Source: Haliotis cracherodii
Lineage: Eukaryota
Reading direction: 5' to 3'
Length of the DNA stretch: 64,000 nt
Assembly (NCBI RefSeq): GCF_022045235.1
Contig: NW_027266297.1
Coordinates: 65,906,001-65,970,000, forward strand
The translations under genes and the position numbers were made by a program. Below, piece by piece: positions 1 to 11,691 of this stretch (position 1 is its first letter; each line of letters begins with the position of its first letter). The notes below the pieces were generated by a model. It saw nothing but the letters and a program-made list of their open reading frames with translations. It was not told the origin of the DNA and made no database searches.

Positions 1-174
1 GGTGTCACGCGATGGGAAGGAACTTGAAGAACATGTGCGATTGAAACTGCAGATCTGGATAATCTGTGCAGTTGTTAACAGTCGGGGTGGGAGGTTGGCT
101 GGTGAGTTTAAGCATGGCGTCCACACCGATTATTCTTAAGTTGGTTTAAATTAGTTTAGTAGAAGTTACTGCAC

Positions 175-439
175 CTTTCTCTTCTTTGTCTGTGGAGTCT
201 GCTGCGTCTCCTGGAACTTGTGCCACTTCTCAAACTGGGAATCCATCATGAAGGGACACTGCATATCAAACATGGCTGACTTGAGGCTGTAGTGTGGGGT
301 GGTCTGGTGGCCTGTATAGGCCACGTCCACTGCCAGTAGATGGTCAATGAACCAGCCCATCTCGGTCTTACACACCACGGTCATGGCTGGTGGTTCAGTC
401 TTTAGCCGCCTGGGAACTCCCACCTCTACAGGATGGCAT
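175..439 (-). CDS. METTL4: METTL4-like N6-adenosine methyltransferase (MT-A70 family), N-terminal coding exon; conserved ATG at 384; gene continues beyond the left edge
   Basis: MTVVCKTEMGWFIDHLLAV...YSLKSAMFDMQCPFMM...TKKRK resembles the vertebrate METTL4 N-terminus (MSVVHQLSAGWLLDHLSFI...FRPELFDVTKPY...GKKRKR). Acceptor ttccag before 439; donor AAG|gtgcag after 175. The catalytic domain is not in the window. Confidence 0.75.
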
Positions 440-524
440 CTGGAATACAGCCGAGATGATTCACATGTGTGATGACTTGTTGGAGACCAAACTTGGCCAA
501 CTGACAATCCCAGCAAGTTTGATT

Positions 525-757
525 AGTTTGTTGTTTGTTTAACGCCGCACTCACCAATATTCCAGCAAAATGATGGCGGTCTGATAAAAAAACAAATAAT
601 AAGTGAGTCTGGACCAGACAGTGAATGACATCATGAGCATCAATCCACGCAGTTGGAGCCTGACCACCTGATCCTGTTAGTCACCTCTTACGACAAGCAT
701 AGTCACCTTTTACGGCTAGAATGGGTTGCTGAAGTCCTATTCTACCCCAGATCTTCA
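525..757 (-). mobile_element. SINE family A copy (non-tRNA head, ~260 bp, (caaa)n tail)
   Basis: About 12 copies or fragments in the window share gacccgtgaagatccggggtagaatagg...gtcgtaagaggcgactaa...gcggcgttaaacaacaaac. Confidence 0.85.
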
Positions 758-892
758 GTTTGATTCAACTGTGTTACATTTAACAGTCTAACAGGTACAA
801 ATTACCCTACTCACTTAGAGGCAGTGTCTCCATAACAACGCTAAGACATTGATAGGATACCAGGTGGTGGAGCACATTTACCCTCTTAACTT

Positions 893-1157
893 TGGTTAGT
901 TTGTTGTTTTACGCCGCACTCAGCAATATTCCAGCTATATGACGGCGGTCTGTAAATAATCGAGTCTGGACCAGACAATCCAGTGATTAATATCATGAGC
1001 ATCGATCCACGCAATTGGGATCGATGACATGCATCAACCAAGTCAGCGAGCTTGACCACCCGATCCCGTCAGTCGCCTTTTACGACAAGCATAGTCACCT
1101 TTTACGGCAAGTATGGGTTGGTGAAGACCTATTCTACCGTGGATCTTCACGGGTCCC
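893..1157 (-). mobile_element. SINE family A copy, full length
   Basis: Matches the family consensus; flanked by a ccctcttaact duplication. Confidence 0.9.
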
Positions 1158-1220
1158 CTCTTAACTAAATGATACAATGCATGACATGTATATATACATA
1201 AACAAATTATTTCAGTTTTA

Positions 1221-1447
1221 TTTGTTTGTTGTTTAACCCCGCAATCAGCTATATGCCAGCGGTCTGTTAATAATCAAGTTTGAGCCAGACAATCCAGTGA
1301 TTGACATCATGCTCATCAATCCACTCAATTGGGATACGATGACATGCATCAACCAAGTCGAGTCTGATCACCTGATCCCATTAATCGCTCCTTAACAACA
1401 AGCATGATTTGCTGAAGATCAGTTTTAACCCGGATCTCCACAGGTCA
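1221..1447 (-). mobile_element. SINE family A copy (diverged)
   Basis: Matches the family consensus. Confidence 0.8.
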
Positions 1448-1541
1448 CAAATTATTTCAACAGGGTTATAGCTAAAATGGTACTGCATTAGAACGAATTG
1501 GAAAAAACGTTACTTGATATATTCCGATATACCCCCTTCAC

Positions 1542-1609
1542 CTGTTCACTGGCAAGTAGCTGAGGTTGTCATCGTCGAATGACTGATGATACGAGATATG
1601 TCGTTTCAT
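1542..1609 (-). CDS. Probable upstream exon of the METTL4-like gene (5'UTR or 41-aa N-terminal extension starting MKRHISYHQSFDDDNLSYLPVNR)
   Basis: ATG at 1609, donor CAG|gtgaag at 1542/1541; phase 2 joins in frame (AG+A=Arg) to the exon starting at 439. Confidence 0.45.
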
Positions 1610-1951
1610 GCATAATTCCGACCGCCATCACAACCCTAGTAATTGCTCCATCAAACCTCTAAAGTCAGATTTCGCGGGACAACCTAAATTTAGCTGTCAC
1701 CAGCTGATTGCCACTTCCTCACATGCTGTTTCCGGCTGGTCGTACTTCAATGTAACGTTTAACGTCCCCACAGTAGTCATCATTGAAGCCCAGTGTCTGG
1801 TGCACCATTCAATGGCTTCATTGGTCGACCACTTCACGGAACATCGGACCACGTAATAGAGTACGATCACGAACAGGGAAGTGAATGAACTTAATTTTGC
1901 GGGACTTTTGAAACATCTGAGACGAACCCCAAGAGCGGGTTTCTACACGCA

Positions 1952-2178
1952 ATGACAACTACTGAACTGCATGCTATTTGGACAGAACATTGTCAAGGCA
2001 TTCGCGTAAGTCCACAAGTAGCAGACAAATGGTGGACAACTCTTGTACAGAAATATACAGAAGTACAGCGGCATTATCACACACTTGACCACATTGCAGA
2101 CATGTTTGTGCTCTACGATAGCTGGAATCAACGATTAATGAACTCCAACGCAGTCGCATTGGCAATATTCTTCCATGA
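1952..2178 (+). CDS. HD-superfamily metal-dependent phosphohydrolase (COG4339-like), exon 1
   Basis: MTTTELHAIW...KYTEVQRHYHTLDHI...AVALAIFFH(D); RHYHTLxH and FHD motifs; donor GA|gtgagt. Confidence 0.9.
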
Positions 2179-2950
2179 GTGAGTTGGCCTTGTGTTGTAG
2201 CTAGTTTTTAAAAAATGCAGATATATTCACCAGGACCCGGTATCGAAATACCAGTAGGTTATGGAGATCGGTGGTAATCGCAAACTAAATATCGATCAGT
2301 TATCGATAACAATCGGAGAAGTAACTTGAGCAAATATGCAAGTAAGACATATTCCACGGCAATGGTTAGCAATGACACATTTATGCATGGATTACTTTGT
2401 GGACATTTGAAATATAATGAAAACATTTGCTTTCTGGTCTTTGACAATTGACATTATTGACAATAACAAGCCAGTTTCAATAAATATAAACTTTTTTTCA
2501 TCACCATAGTTTATGTAAGTTACTTATTGATGACAACAATTTCATATCGATACTCGTTACTAATTTCTTCTCATCTACGATAATTCCGATTATCAATCTT
2601 TTTAGCCTCTATATTTAGATACTCGATCCCAGTTTGAGTATAGTATTGACTAAAAATAGACTCAACTTGGTAAGACAAGACTGCTAGTCAACTGTTTTCT
2701 CTCAGAAAACATACTGTAGTTATTTTACATAAATAGAGGATAATTGAGAAATTTCAAACAATGGTAATCGACACTAACACTATATTCCTGCAAGTAATTA
2801 TCTGTCCTCGAACCCGAAAGAGCTGTGTTAGACCACTAAGCATGGTAAGGTGTATTTTAAATGATTCTATTCAGTTTTAAGTTATGTCACCTTTTGCAGA
2901 GCAAGACTATTTTTGACATAATGATGTTGAATAACAATTGTCTCTTTCAG

Positions 2951-3032
2951 CGTTGTGTATGATCCTAAGTCTTCATGCAATGAACAAGACAGTATACAGA
3001 TGTTCAGAGTCTTTGCCCTTGAAGCTGAATTA
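2951..3032 (+). CDS. HD phosphohydrolase exon 2
   Basis: tttcag|C completes the Asp of HD, then VVYDPKSSCNEQDS (family HDxxYDP...NE..S motif); donor gtaagt. Confidence 0.9.
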
Positions 3033-3280
3033 GTAAGTGTTATATGAATGTATTAGGGCAGGGACAAGTCCAAATCTACTACCCCCTGGCCATATTACCC
3101 GACCCTACCTGGGTATACCCGCTGTGGGTCTCAAGAGTTGGGTACAAAATGTCCAATTGGGAATTGTTTTTCTGGATCTATGGCAAAAACTATTTATGTA
3201 GTGTATTGTCATTGTGATTAGTGCTATAGTAAATAGTACCAGCTAGCTCATGCTATGACGTAGCTGATGACGTCAGCGCA

Positions 3281-3491
3281 GACTGATGTACTGACGCCAT
3301 GATGAAAATATAAACCCATGATCGTATTCCAGCATTTGTGTTATAGATACGTAGATAGTTTAATTTGAGAACTAAAGGAAATACATCACATTGGCGACGA
3401 GGATGGGATCAGGATGCGTTCACAGTAATGGGGGAATTCAGGATGAAGTGTTCTGATAGGAATGCTTAGTGCGGGCGTCAGTACATCGGTC
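3281..3491. mobile_element. Small MITE nested in the family E copy
   Basis: 18-bp TIR gactgatgtactgacgcc / ggcgtcagtacatcggtc. Confidence 0.55.
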
Positions 3492-3701
3492 ATTAATACA
3501 TGTACATGTATTAAACGATCTGATGATGCTGAAGTTGACTGAAGCTTTATCTTTACTCAAACATATAAGAGTGAGAAGGAATGCATGCATTCATTTGTCA
3601 GAAAGTAATGCTAATGTTAGCGACTTGAATTGTGACCATGGGGTTATATTGTTATTGTCATTTATGTTTCTTCTTTGAGTGGCATTTAGAAGTTGGAATG
3701 G

Positions 3702-3945
3702 TAACTGAGACAAAATTGTTATGGATGAGCAACTTCTTTATTAGAATTGGGCGCCATTTCGGTGTAGATTCTATCATTTGCTTGATAACTGTGTTAGAAT
3801 CTACACCGAAACGTCTTTATTAGAATTGGGTGACGTTTTGTTGTAGATTCTATCATTTGCTTGATAACGGTGTTAGAATCTACAACGAAACGTCGCCCAA
3901 TTCTAATAAAGAAGTTGCTCATCCATAACAATTTTGTCTTAGTTA
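3702..3945 (+). mobile_element. Penelope-like element terminal-repeat palindrome with two minimal hammerhead ribozyme motifs
   Basis: ~70-bp inverted arms; two copies of TTGATAA-[stem II]-GAAACGTC (3782-3815, 3861-3894), followed by aataaa. Confidence 0.65.
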
Positions 3946-4381
3946 TTTATGTGACTAACCATGGGTCTGGGTAGTCCTGTGGGTAACCATGTCCTACGCA
4001 GAACCCACCCACCTGACCTGATCGAGTACCGGAGTTACTTGTCCCTGTCCAAGAACATATGCTGATACAATACTACAGTCTGTGAACTGGGTGAGATTAA
4101 GGGGCTGAGGGGTGTCATGGATAAATGACACAGCAAAAAAGGGGCGTTGCTCAAAATTATCAGAACAATAGGGAGGGGCATGAAAAAATAACACCGTTCT
4201 ATTTTTTTAAATAAAAAAGTTATAACTTTCAACATTAATTAGGGATGGTCTTTTATTATAGGGGGGAAAGGTACATGAAGAAATGTTACATAAAATGTGG
4301 GAGTCGGCAAAATATGATGAAGCTCTATGATCTATCACACCTATCCCCTTTCAAAAGGATTTTGATTTTTCTGTTTTGTAG

Positions 4382-4517
4382 AATGCAGATCTTGTAGATG
4401 CAACGATACAACTGATAGATGCAACCATCACTCATTTGTCAAATGTTGCCGATGACAACAGAGACCTCAAGTTTTTCCTGGATTTTGATATGGCAGTGCT
4501 AGGTCGACCAGCTGATG
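4382..4517 (+). CDS. HD phosphohydrolase exon 3
   Basis: ttgtag|NADLVDATIQLIDATITH...DLKFFLDFDMAVLGRPAD; family LDxDLxILG motif; donor gtgtgt. Confidence 0.9.
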
Positions 4518-4624
4518 GTGTGTAACAAGATTTCTATCATCATATAATGAAATCATGTATATCAATTTAGTAACTTCACGTCTTTATCAGGAACCTACTT
4601 TCTCCTCGTGTTTGTTCAACCAGG

Positions 4625-4882
4625 TTTGTTTGTTCATTTGTTTGTTGTTTAACGCTGGACTCAGCAATATTCCATCTATATGACACCGGTCTGTAAATAA
4701 TCGTGTCTGTACCAGACAATCCAGTGATTGACAACGTGAGCATCGATCCAGACAATTAGGATACGATAACATGCATCAATGAAATCAGTGAGCCTGACCA
4801 ACCGATCCCGTTATAGCATAGTTGCCTTTTAGGGCAAGCATGGGTTACTAAAGACCTATTCTACCCCGGATCTTCACGGGTG
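4625..4882 (-). mobile_element. SINE family A copy
   Basis: Matches the family consensus. Confidence 0.85.
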
Positions 4883-5199
4883 CTTAATGTTTTGAGACTG
4901 ACACACTAAACCTTTGTTTACACGTCTGACAGGACACAACATGTTCAATCAACCCAAGATATACAACAGTACAAGTACCCTGACAGAACACAATAGGAAT
5001 AACAGGAAGCTCCCGGGTGGATCAACCGGTCTACCGTGACACCCTATGGACATACCGTCTTCAAGAGACATGTCCCTTCCTTCAGTCCGCCGATGCACCC
5101 AAACAGACCTGCAAACATGTAGCATGTAGCGTTTGTATATTCTATATGTTAAATCCTTTCATTAGTTTTGGTTTTGAGCAAAAAATTTATCGATAGGAA

Positions 5200-5474
5200 T
5201 GTGAGTTGGGTTTAACGCCGCTTTTCACAGTATTCCAGCTATATCACGGCGTGTCAGCTTAATGTGGGAGGAAAGCCCGAAGTGATGCAGGTCTAAGACG
5301 TTTACCACTTCAGTGAAACCCATGAGCATGGGTATGGTGCTGACAAACCTAGAAACATAATCGGGGCGAACCTGGATTCGAACCCACAATCATAGGTTTC
5401 TGGTGTAGCCAAGGGATGCAACTCTGCACAGTGAATTGCGGCGCCTTAGACGACTGGGCCACCCGTGCCCCCCC
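5200..5474 (-). mobile_element. tRNA-derived SINE family B (tRNA-Leu/Ser-like head)
   Basis: Minus strand ggtggcccagtcgtctaaggcg (A box) ... gtgggttcgaatcc (B box); tail ggcgttaaacccaactcac; TSD cgataggaa. Confidence 0.85.
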
Positions 5475-5944
5475 GATAGGAAAGTGCTGCCCTGTAGTTT
5501 ATCATCAGTCCAATCAGGTTGAAATATACAGAACAAAAAAGTTAGAGATCATGAAATATGTTTATGCTCTGCACACATTTATAGAAGCCTTCATTTAAAA
5601 AATGCATCCCCCAAAATACTCATGATCCCTTACTTCTTTGTGCAGTATATCTTGCAGTTGATCATCAGTCCAGTCAGGTTGGGCTTAATCAGTTTTGTCT
5701 GTACTTTGGTATGAACAGTTTTCATTAGAAAAGTACCGGTAAGGTAAAAATTGTTATGAACCATCGTCCTTTTTTCTTCTCTCAAATGTTTTTTTCTCAA
5801 CAATCCTTGATCAACTCACTGCCACAGGATGAATACTACTATAATGACTTTGCCATAAATGATAATTTTGAGTAAAATATATTTTGAAAACAGCTCGCTC
5901 ATGGTTTGGCAATGGTACTTGCCTGGCAGCGATAGCTGCATAGA

Positions 5945-6120
5945 AACATGGGTTGCTTGGCAACGGTAGTTGCAGGGCAGCAGGCGCTGCATCGGTAAGC
6001 AACATGGGTTGCTTGGCAACGGTAGTTGCAGGGCAGCAGGCTCTGCATCGGTAAGCAACATGGGTTGCTTGGCAACGGTTGTTGCAGGGCAGCGGTTGCT
6101 GCAGTTGGGGTTGCTTAACA
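5945..6120. repeat. ~56-bp tandem repeat x3 (catgggttgcttggcaacggtagttgcagggcagcagg...)
   Basis: Direct repeats visible in the sequence. Confidence 0.8.
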
Positions 6121-6720
6121 GGGGTTAAGCTCATTTCTGCAGTCCACCAGTACCTCCACATCCGAGACCATTTCATCCAATAATATCTCTTGTCTTAATT
6201 TGAAGTTCCACCATCATGCCTGATAGCGGAGCCTGTCATAATGGAGCCATGTCCTTATATAATATCATATTAAATTATTATCTATGCCTTAATAATTAAA
6301 TTTTCGTTGTGTTCCTTGTAACTCCTGCATTCTGATTAGCTGAATTGGTCACGTGTTATTGCATTCATTTCCCAATGAATGTAAAAAATTAAGCCACGCC
6401 CACAGAAGCGGACTACTTTTATAACTACGTATGGAATGTCCGGGAATCCCAATATGACAGACAAGTGAATTCCCTTTCTGATCACGTGTATCGTCATACA
6501 CAGGACATTTAGGGAAATTCTTGCATTTTCATTAACCCAAACAACCCTTTGAGACCGAAGCTATAACTGAAACTACTGATATTTTGTATGTGCATTTTAC
6601 TTTGATTTTTAATGTATTACTTGCTAAACTATAATTATATGGAATGTTGTATAAATGTTACACAATGATAACTTATAAAAGCTCTTGCTGTGGATCAAAT
6701 TATTATATGAAAACTCATCA

Positions 6721-7072
6721 TACCGTATTCCACGTAATAAGCGCCCCGCTCTAATAAGTGCCCACGGCATTTTTTTGCTAATATATTGGCTAGTGAACAA
6801 TCCCAATTAGCACCACTTCCGATTGATCAATGTACACAATACTTATTTATTTGCGTATAATACGCACTTTTGTGTTATATGCACCCTTAATTATGAGCAA
6901 TTAAATTCTGCAAAAATGTATCTCTCGTATTAAAATATTTCAGGCTGTCGGCATAAACCACAAAATCTATCTTTCAACTCTGTTTTTTTTTTCACCAAAG
7001 TAATATTTTAATAAGAGCCCCCTATTTCTAATTTTGAGAGCGCCCTGGGCGCTTATTACGTTGAATACGGTA
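6721..7072. mobile_element. Tc1/mariner (pogo-like) MITE
   Basis: TIR taccgtattccacgtaataagcgccc / gggcgcttattacgttgaatacggta with TA ends. Confidence 0.8.
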
Positions 7073-7964
7073 AATGTTATATCATGATAGAACAATGGCT
7101 AGCTACTGTTGACCACTGACCTGTCTGTCGTAGTTTTACTGTGATAATTGGTAACCTTGTTATCTTGCTGTCAGTTTCCTTACCTCTATCCTGTTGCCAT
7201 GGTTACTAAAATGATTTATCCCAATTCTAAGGTACAAAAATATTTTCCATGTGAGATGGACAGTCACTCACAATAATATAGGTTTATTTATTTTATTATT
7301 AAAAATACATGATATTGTCAATTCTTTACTTATTTTGGTGTGTGAATACACTTTTTGTCAGTTGTAAAATTGTGGAAAAAAACTGACCTGCCGACATGAA
7401 TTAATATTTGACAGAAGCCCTTCATATTACTTCACATTTCTGATTTCTGCTATCTGGGCAGTTCTGTCATAGTTGAATTTGATGATATCAATGACATCAT
7501 GATGTTATTTGTTTAGAGAAATTTGATTGTGCCAGTGTTAGTCAGGGACAAGAATTGATATTTTCCTTTTCAGCTGAAACTTATTTGCAATGGAGCGGTA
7601 TTGGGGGTATTTATGGAGAAGCCATCAGATTTTAACAAAATTGTGGTAACGAAAATTTGTGGATACAGGAAGATTCTCACCCCTGGTAACTGGAAATTAC
7701 CAATAACTGTTTGTGGTCACCACCGATTTACATGTGTTTTCTGATGTGCTGGTGCTATAGGCGTCTGGAAGGAATATATATTCTGTATCGTCAGAAATAA
7801 TTAAAATGGTTCATTTATCTCAACACTGCCTGAACGACAACGTAGGCAAACTGTTGAAAGTAAGGATGTTTTGTTTCTTCAAGGGGTACCTGGGACATGG
7901 GGGAGCTTGTTTGGCTTGGCGGCTTCTGTAATATGTTTGTGTTAACTAGTACTGTACTGTCCAG

Positions 7965-8044
7965 GTTACCGTGACTACGCTGGTCAGATACAGAGGGAGT
8001 ACTGTCACCTGGACACAGAAACATTCAACACCAAGAGAGCTCAG
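7965..8044 (+). CDS. HD phosphohydrolase exon 4
   Basis: gtccag|(G)YRDYAGQIQREYCHLDTETFNTKRAQ|gtaacc; family YxxYxxxIRxEY motif; phases match both neighbours. Confidence 0.9.
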
Positions 8045-8184
8045 GTAACCTACACTTTAATACATAGAAATACAATACACTTTACTACATAGAAATACAA
8101 TAATAGTAGTATTGTGTTATGTGAAAGCATGACATTGGTTCCCACAGCCCAGTATGAAGACAAACCCAGAAAACTAACCAGGTT

Positions 8185-9648
8185 TGAAGACTAACTAGCT
8201 ATGTTCGAAGACTAACTAGCCATGCTCAATGACTAACTAGCCATGTTCAATGATTATCTAGCCATGCTCAATGACTAACTAGCCATGTTCAATGACTATC
8301 TAGCCATGCTCAATGACTATTTAGCCATGTTCAATGGCTAACTAGCCATGTTCAATGACTAACTAGCCATGTTCAATGACTATCTAGCCATGTACAAAGA
8401 CTAACTACCCATGCTCAAAGACTAACTAGCCATGTTCAATGACTATCTCGCCATGCTCAAAGACTAATTAGCCATGTTCAATGAATATCTAGTAGGGCTG
8501 GGACGGGTAACTCAGGTACTCGGGTCGGGTAGGTCCTTAGTAGGACCCGAGTACCCACAGGACTACCCGGACCCGTGGTTAGTCACGTGATATACTGTTT
8601 GATGCCAAAAACTCACTATAGCTTATTGGTTCCACCACAAGTCGCTAATGTTCGCATTTCTTTCTGACGATGCACACATTCCTTTTGGCTGGTGTATGTT
8701 TTAGTAAAGGTAAAACTTCAGTCAACTTCAGTGTATTGATTGTTTGATACAAGAATCAAAATAGTTTTGGCCAGGGCTGCAATAAAACAATTCCCAATCA
8801 GACATTTTGTTCCCAACTCTTGAGACCTGCAGTGGGTACCCGGTAGGGCCGGGTAATAGGGGGTCGGGTACCCGGGTAGTAAATTTTTGACTCGTCCCAG
8901 CCCTACTAACTAGCCATATTCAATGACTATCCAGCCATTCTCAATGACTAACTAGCCATGTTCAATGACTATCCAGCCATGCTCAATGACTAACTAGCCA
9001 TATTCAATGACTAACTAGCCATGTTCAATGACTAACTAGCCATGTTCAATGACTAACTAGCCATGTTCAATGACTAACTAGCCATGTTCAATGACTAACT
9101 AGCCATGCGCAATGACTAACTAGCCATGCTCAATGACTATCTAGCCATGCTCAATGACTAACTAGCCATGTTCAATGACTATCTAGCCATGTTCAATGAC
9201 TAACTAGCCATGTTCAATGACTAACTAGCCATGTTCAATGACTATCAAACCATGCTCAATGACTATCTAGCCATGTTCAATGACTATCAAGCCATGCTCA
9301 ATGACTAACTAGCCATGTTCAATGACTATCAAGCCATGATCAATGACTATCTAGCCGTGTTCAATGACTATCAAGCCATGCTCAATGACTAACTAGCCGT
9401 GTTCAATGACTATCAAGCCATGCTCAATGACTAACTAGCCATGCTCAATGACTATCTAGCCATGCTCAATGACTAACTAGCCATGTTCAATGACTATCTA
9501 GCCATGTTCAATGACTAACTAGTCATGCTCAATGACTAACTAGCCATGTTCAATGACTAACTAGCCATGTTCAATGACTATCAAGCCATGATCAATGACT
9601 ATCTAGCCATGTTCAATGACTATCTAGCCATGTTCAATGACTAACTAG
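8185..9648. repeat. 21-bp minisatellite (ctagccatgttcaatgactaa)n, interrupted by a hAT MITE
   Basis: About 50 units visible. Confidence 0.95.
8493..8905. mobile_element. hAT-like MITE family E
   Basis: TIR tagggctgggacg / cgtcccagcccta; imperfect 8-bp TSD (atatctag/ctaactag). Confidence 0.85.
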
Positions 9649-9797
9649 ATCGGGTGGTAAGACTTGCTGATCTCCCAATTGCATGGATCGATGTTCATGA
9701 TGTCAATCACTAGATTGTCTGGTCCAGACTCAATTATTTACAGACCGTCACGAAGCTGGAATGTTGCTGAATGTGGCGTTAAACAACAAACAAACAA
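9648..9797 (+). mobile_element. SINE family A 3' fragment fused to the 21-bp array
   Basis: gatcgggtggt...ggcgttaaacaacaaacaaac. Confidence 0.75.
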
Positions 9798-10091
9798 ATA
9801 CATAGAATTTGTCTATAGCTGTTACTCTAGATTTGTCGAAATCATTTCATCTTGTGGTTTCATTATATATCGTATATATTTATGTTTAGTTTCCTTCAAT
9901 AAAGGAAGTATGCAAAATAATATTTTGTTTTCAACCCACTCAAACATTGTCTGGGACGCATGTCAGTCATTATTGTATTCAAGTCAGCTATGAACAGATG
10001 TCACTACTGGCAGGTACTGGATTACTATATCAAAATGTTGGTGCAGGATGTTGTCCAGCTGGTGTAACTGATGTTTTTGTTTTAATACTGG

Positions 10092-10348
10092 ATGAAGATC
10101 CGGGGTTGAATAGGTTTTCAGCAACCCATGCTTGCTTTAACTGGCGACTATGCTTGTCGTAAGAGGCAGCTAACAACATTAGGTCAGGCCCGCTTACTTG
10201 GTTGATGCATGTCATCATATCCCAGTTGCGTGGATCAATGCTTATGATATCAATCACTAGATTGTCTGGTCAAGACTCAATTATTTACAAACCACTGTCA
10301 TATAGCGGGAATATTACTGAGTGCAGCGTTAAACAACAAACGAACACA
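10092..10348 (+). mobile_element. SINE family A copy
   Basis: Matches the consensus; ttaatactg flanking duplication. Confidence 0.85.
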
Positions 10349-11004
10349 TTTAATACTGCAATGACATAATGTGTCATGGATGTAACATGTTACTATTTGT
10401 GCTGTTATGAAGATTGCAGAAAAATCTTTGACATTAATGCTAGTCCACTACCATGAGACTACTAAATTGTGTTGAGGACAGGTTAAAAATCCAGTGATGG
10501 TAGTCCTCATCGAAAAGTATTGTTTGAGGGCTATAACTCTGAAGCAGTTCTCGATGCATTAATTTTGCTTTATTTTGGAACTGAATAAAACTAATAGAAA
10601 ATGTAAACATAGTAAACATTATACGTCTCGTTCAAGATGACCAGCTACACACTTTAGGACTAGTGAAATAAGGCTTACACTAGTCCTCTGGCCAAGTCTT
10701 AAAAAGGAATTTCTAAGGCATATAAACATAAGGCACATGGTGCATGTTGTGTGTTTGTCAGTTTGTGGACTAACACTTAGTCAATGAAAACATGTCTTTA
10801 ATATATTTCATTTTTTTCTTCTTCGAAAGAACCTTTCCTCTTCTGCTGTCTTCATATGTGGATTCAAGCAAACTAGACTTGGTTAGTTTGATCTAGACTT
10901 GCCCAGGCTCTTAGTAAATTAAAATACCTCAGAAATATAAATTCCAGTCATGGTGCAGGACTAGTCAGTTTAAAGCAATCCTTGGTATCGCCTTCATGCT
11001 GCAG

Positions 11005-11130
11005 GTCCTACAGAACTTCCTCACTAGGGAACACATCTTCTCCACAGAAGAGTTCACACAGTTGTATGAAGAACAAGCACGGACCAACATTGCAAGGGAG
11101 ATCACTCTTCTTCAGTCACAATCTACTTGA
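11005..11130 (+). CDS. HD phosphohydrolase exon 5 (last); total CDS 651 nt, 216 aa
   Basis: ctgcag|VLQNFLTREHIFSTEEFTQLYEEQARTNIAREITLLQSQST*; family VLxxFL...ExxARxN motif. Confidence 0.9.
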   Translation, partial: VLQNFLTREHIFSTEEFTQLYEEQARTNIAREITLLQSQST

Positions 11131-11691
11131 GCAGCTATTACTGGAACTTTTTCAATAGCAGAAGTATATCGATAATGAAATAGCAGAAGTATATCGATAA
11201 TGACTGTGATAGTGAATCCTGATTCATCGTCTGATGCAGTTTAGTTTTATCTGAACTTGAAGTCTGTAAGTCTGTATGGCTTGTAAGCTATCATGTTTAT
11301 AAGGCTTAACAAAATATAAGAATCGGTTCTCAGGCAATGACTTTGGAAATATAGTAAAGGTGGGCGGTGTTTTTTTTTGCTTGTTCAAACTAGTATGTAA
11401 CCAAATAAACAGTTGTGTACAATCAACCTGGGAAACAACCTCCCAATAAAAACAATCATACAAACTCCTATCGCCGCATGTAAAGGGAAGTAACTGCGTG
11501 CTATGTTGGATCACATATTTTTTAAGTATAAATATTTTATATATTTTTTTAAAAATGCAAATAAAAACAAAACATGCGGCAGACTTTATGATGATGCGGG
11601 AGGTGCCTGACAACCAAGACTATATTTTCTTTAGCCTTATAGAAAGCGTGTGTGTGTGTTATAATATTCAGGCTCCTACAGTGTATGACAC

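Larger units (their letters stand above)
3054..4051. mobile_element. hAT-like MITE family E copy with nested insertions
   Basis: Ends tagggcagggacaag...cttgtccctgtcc; body shared with the copies at 8493 and 11692. Confidence 0.7.

Noticed and set aside
1542-1890. Selenoprotein-like frame with in-frame TGAs on the - strand
   Set aside because: No recognisable selenoprotein motif or SECIS; better explained as leader/promoter sequence.
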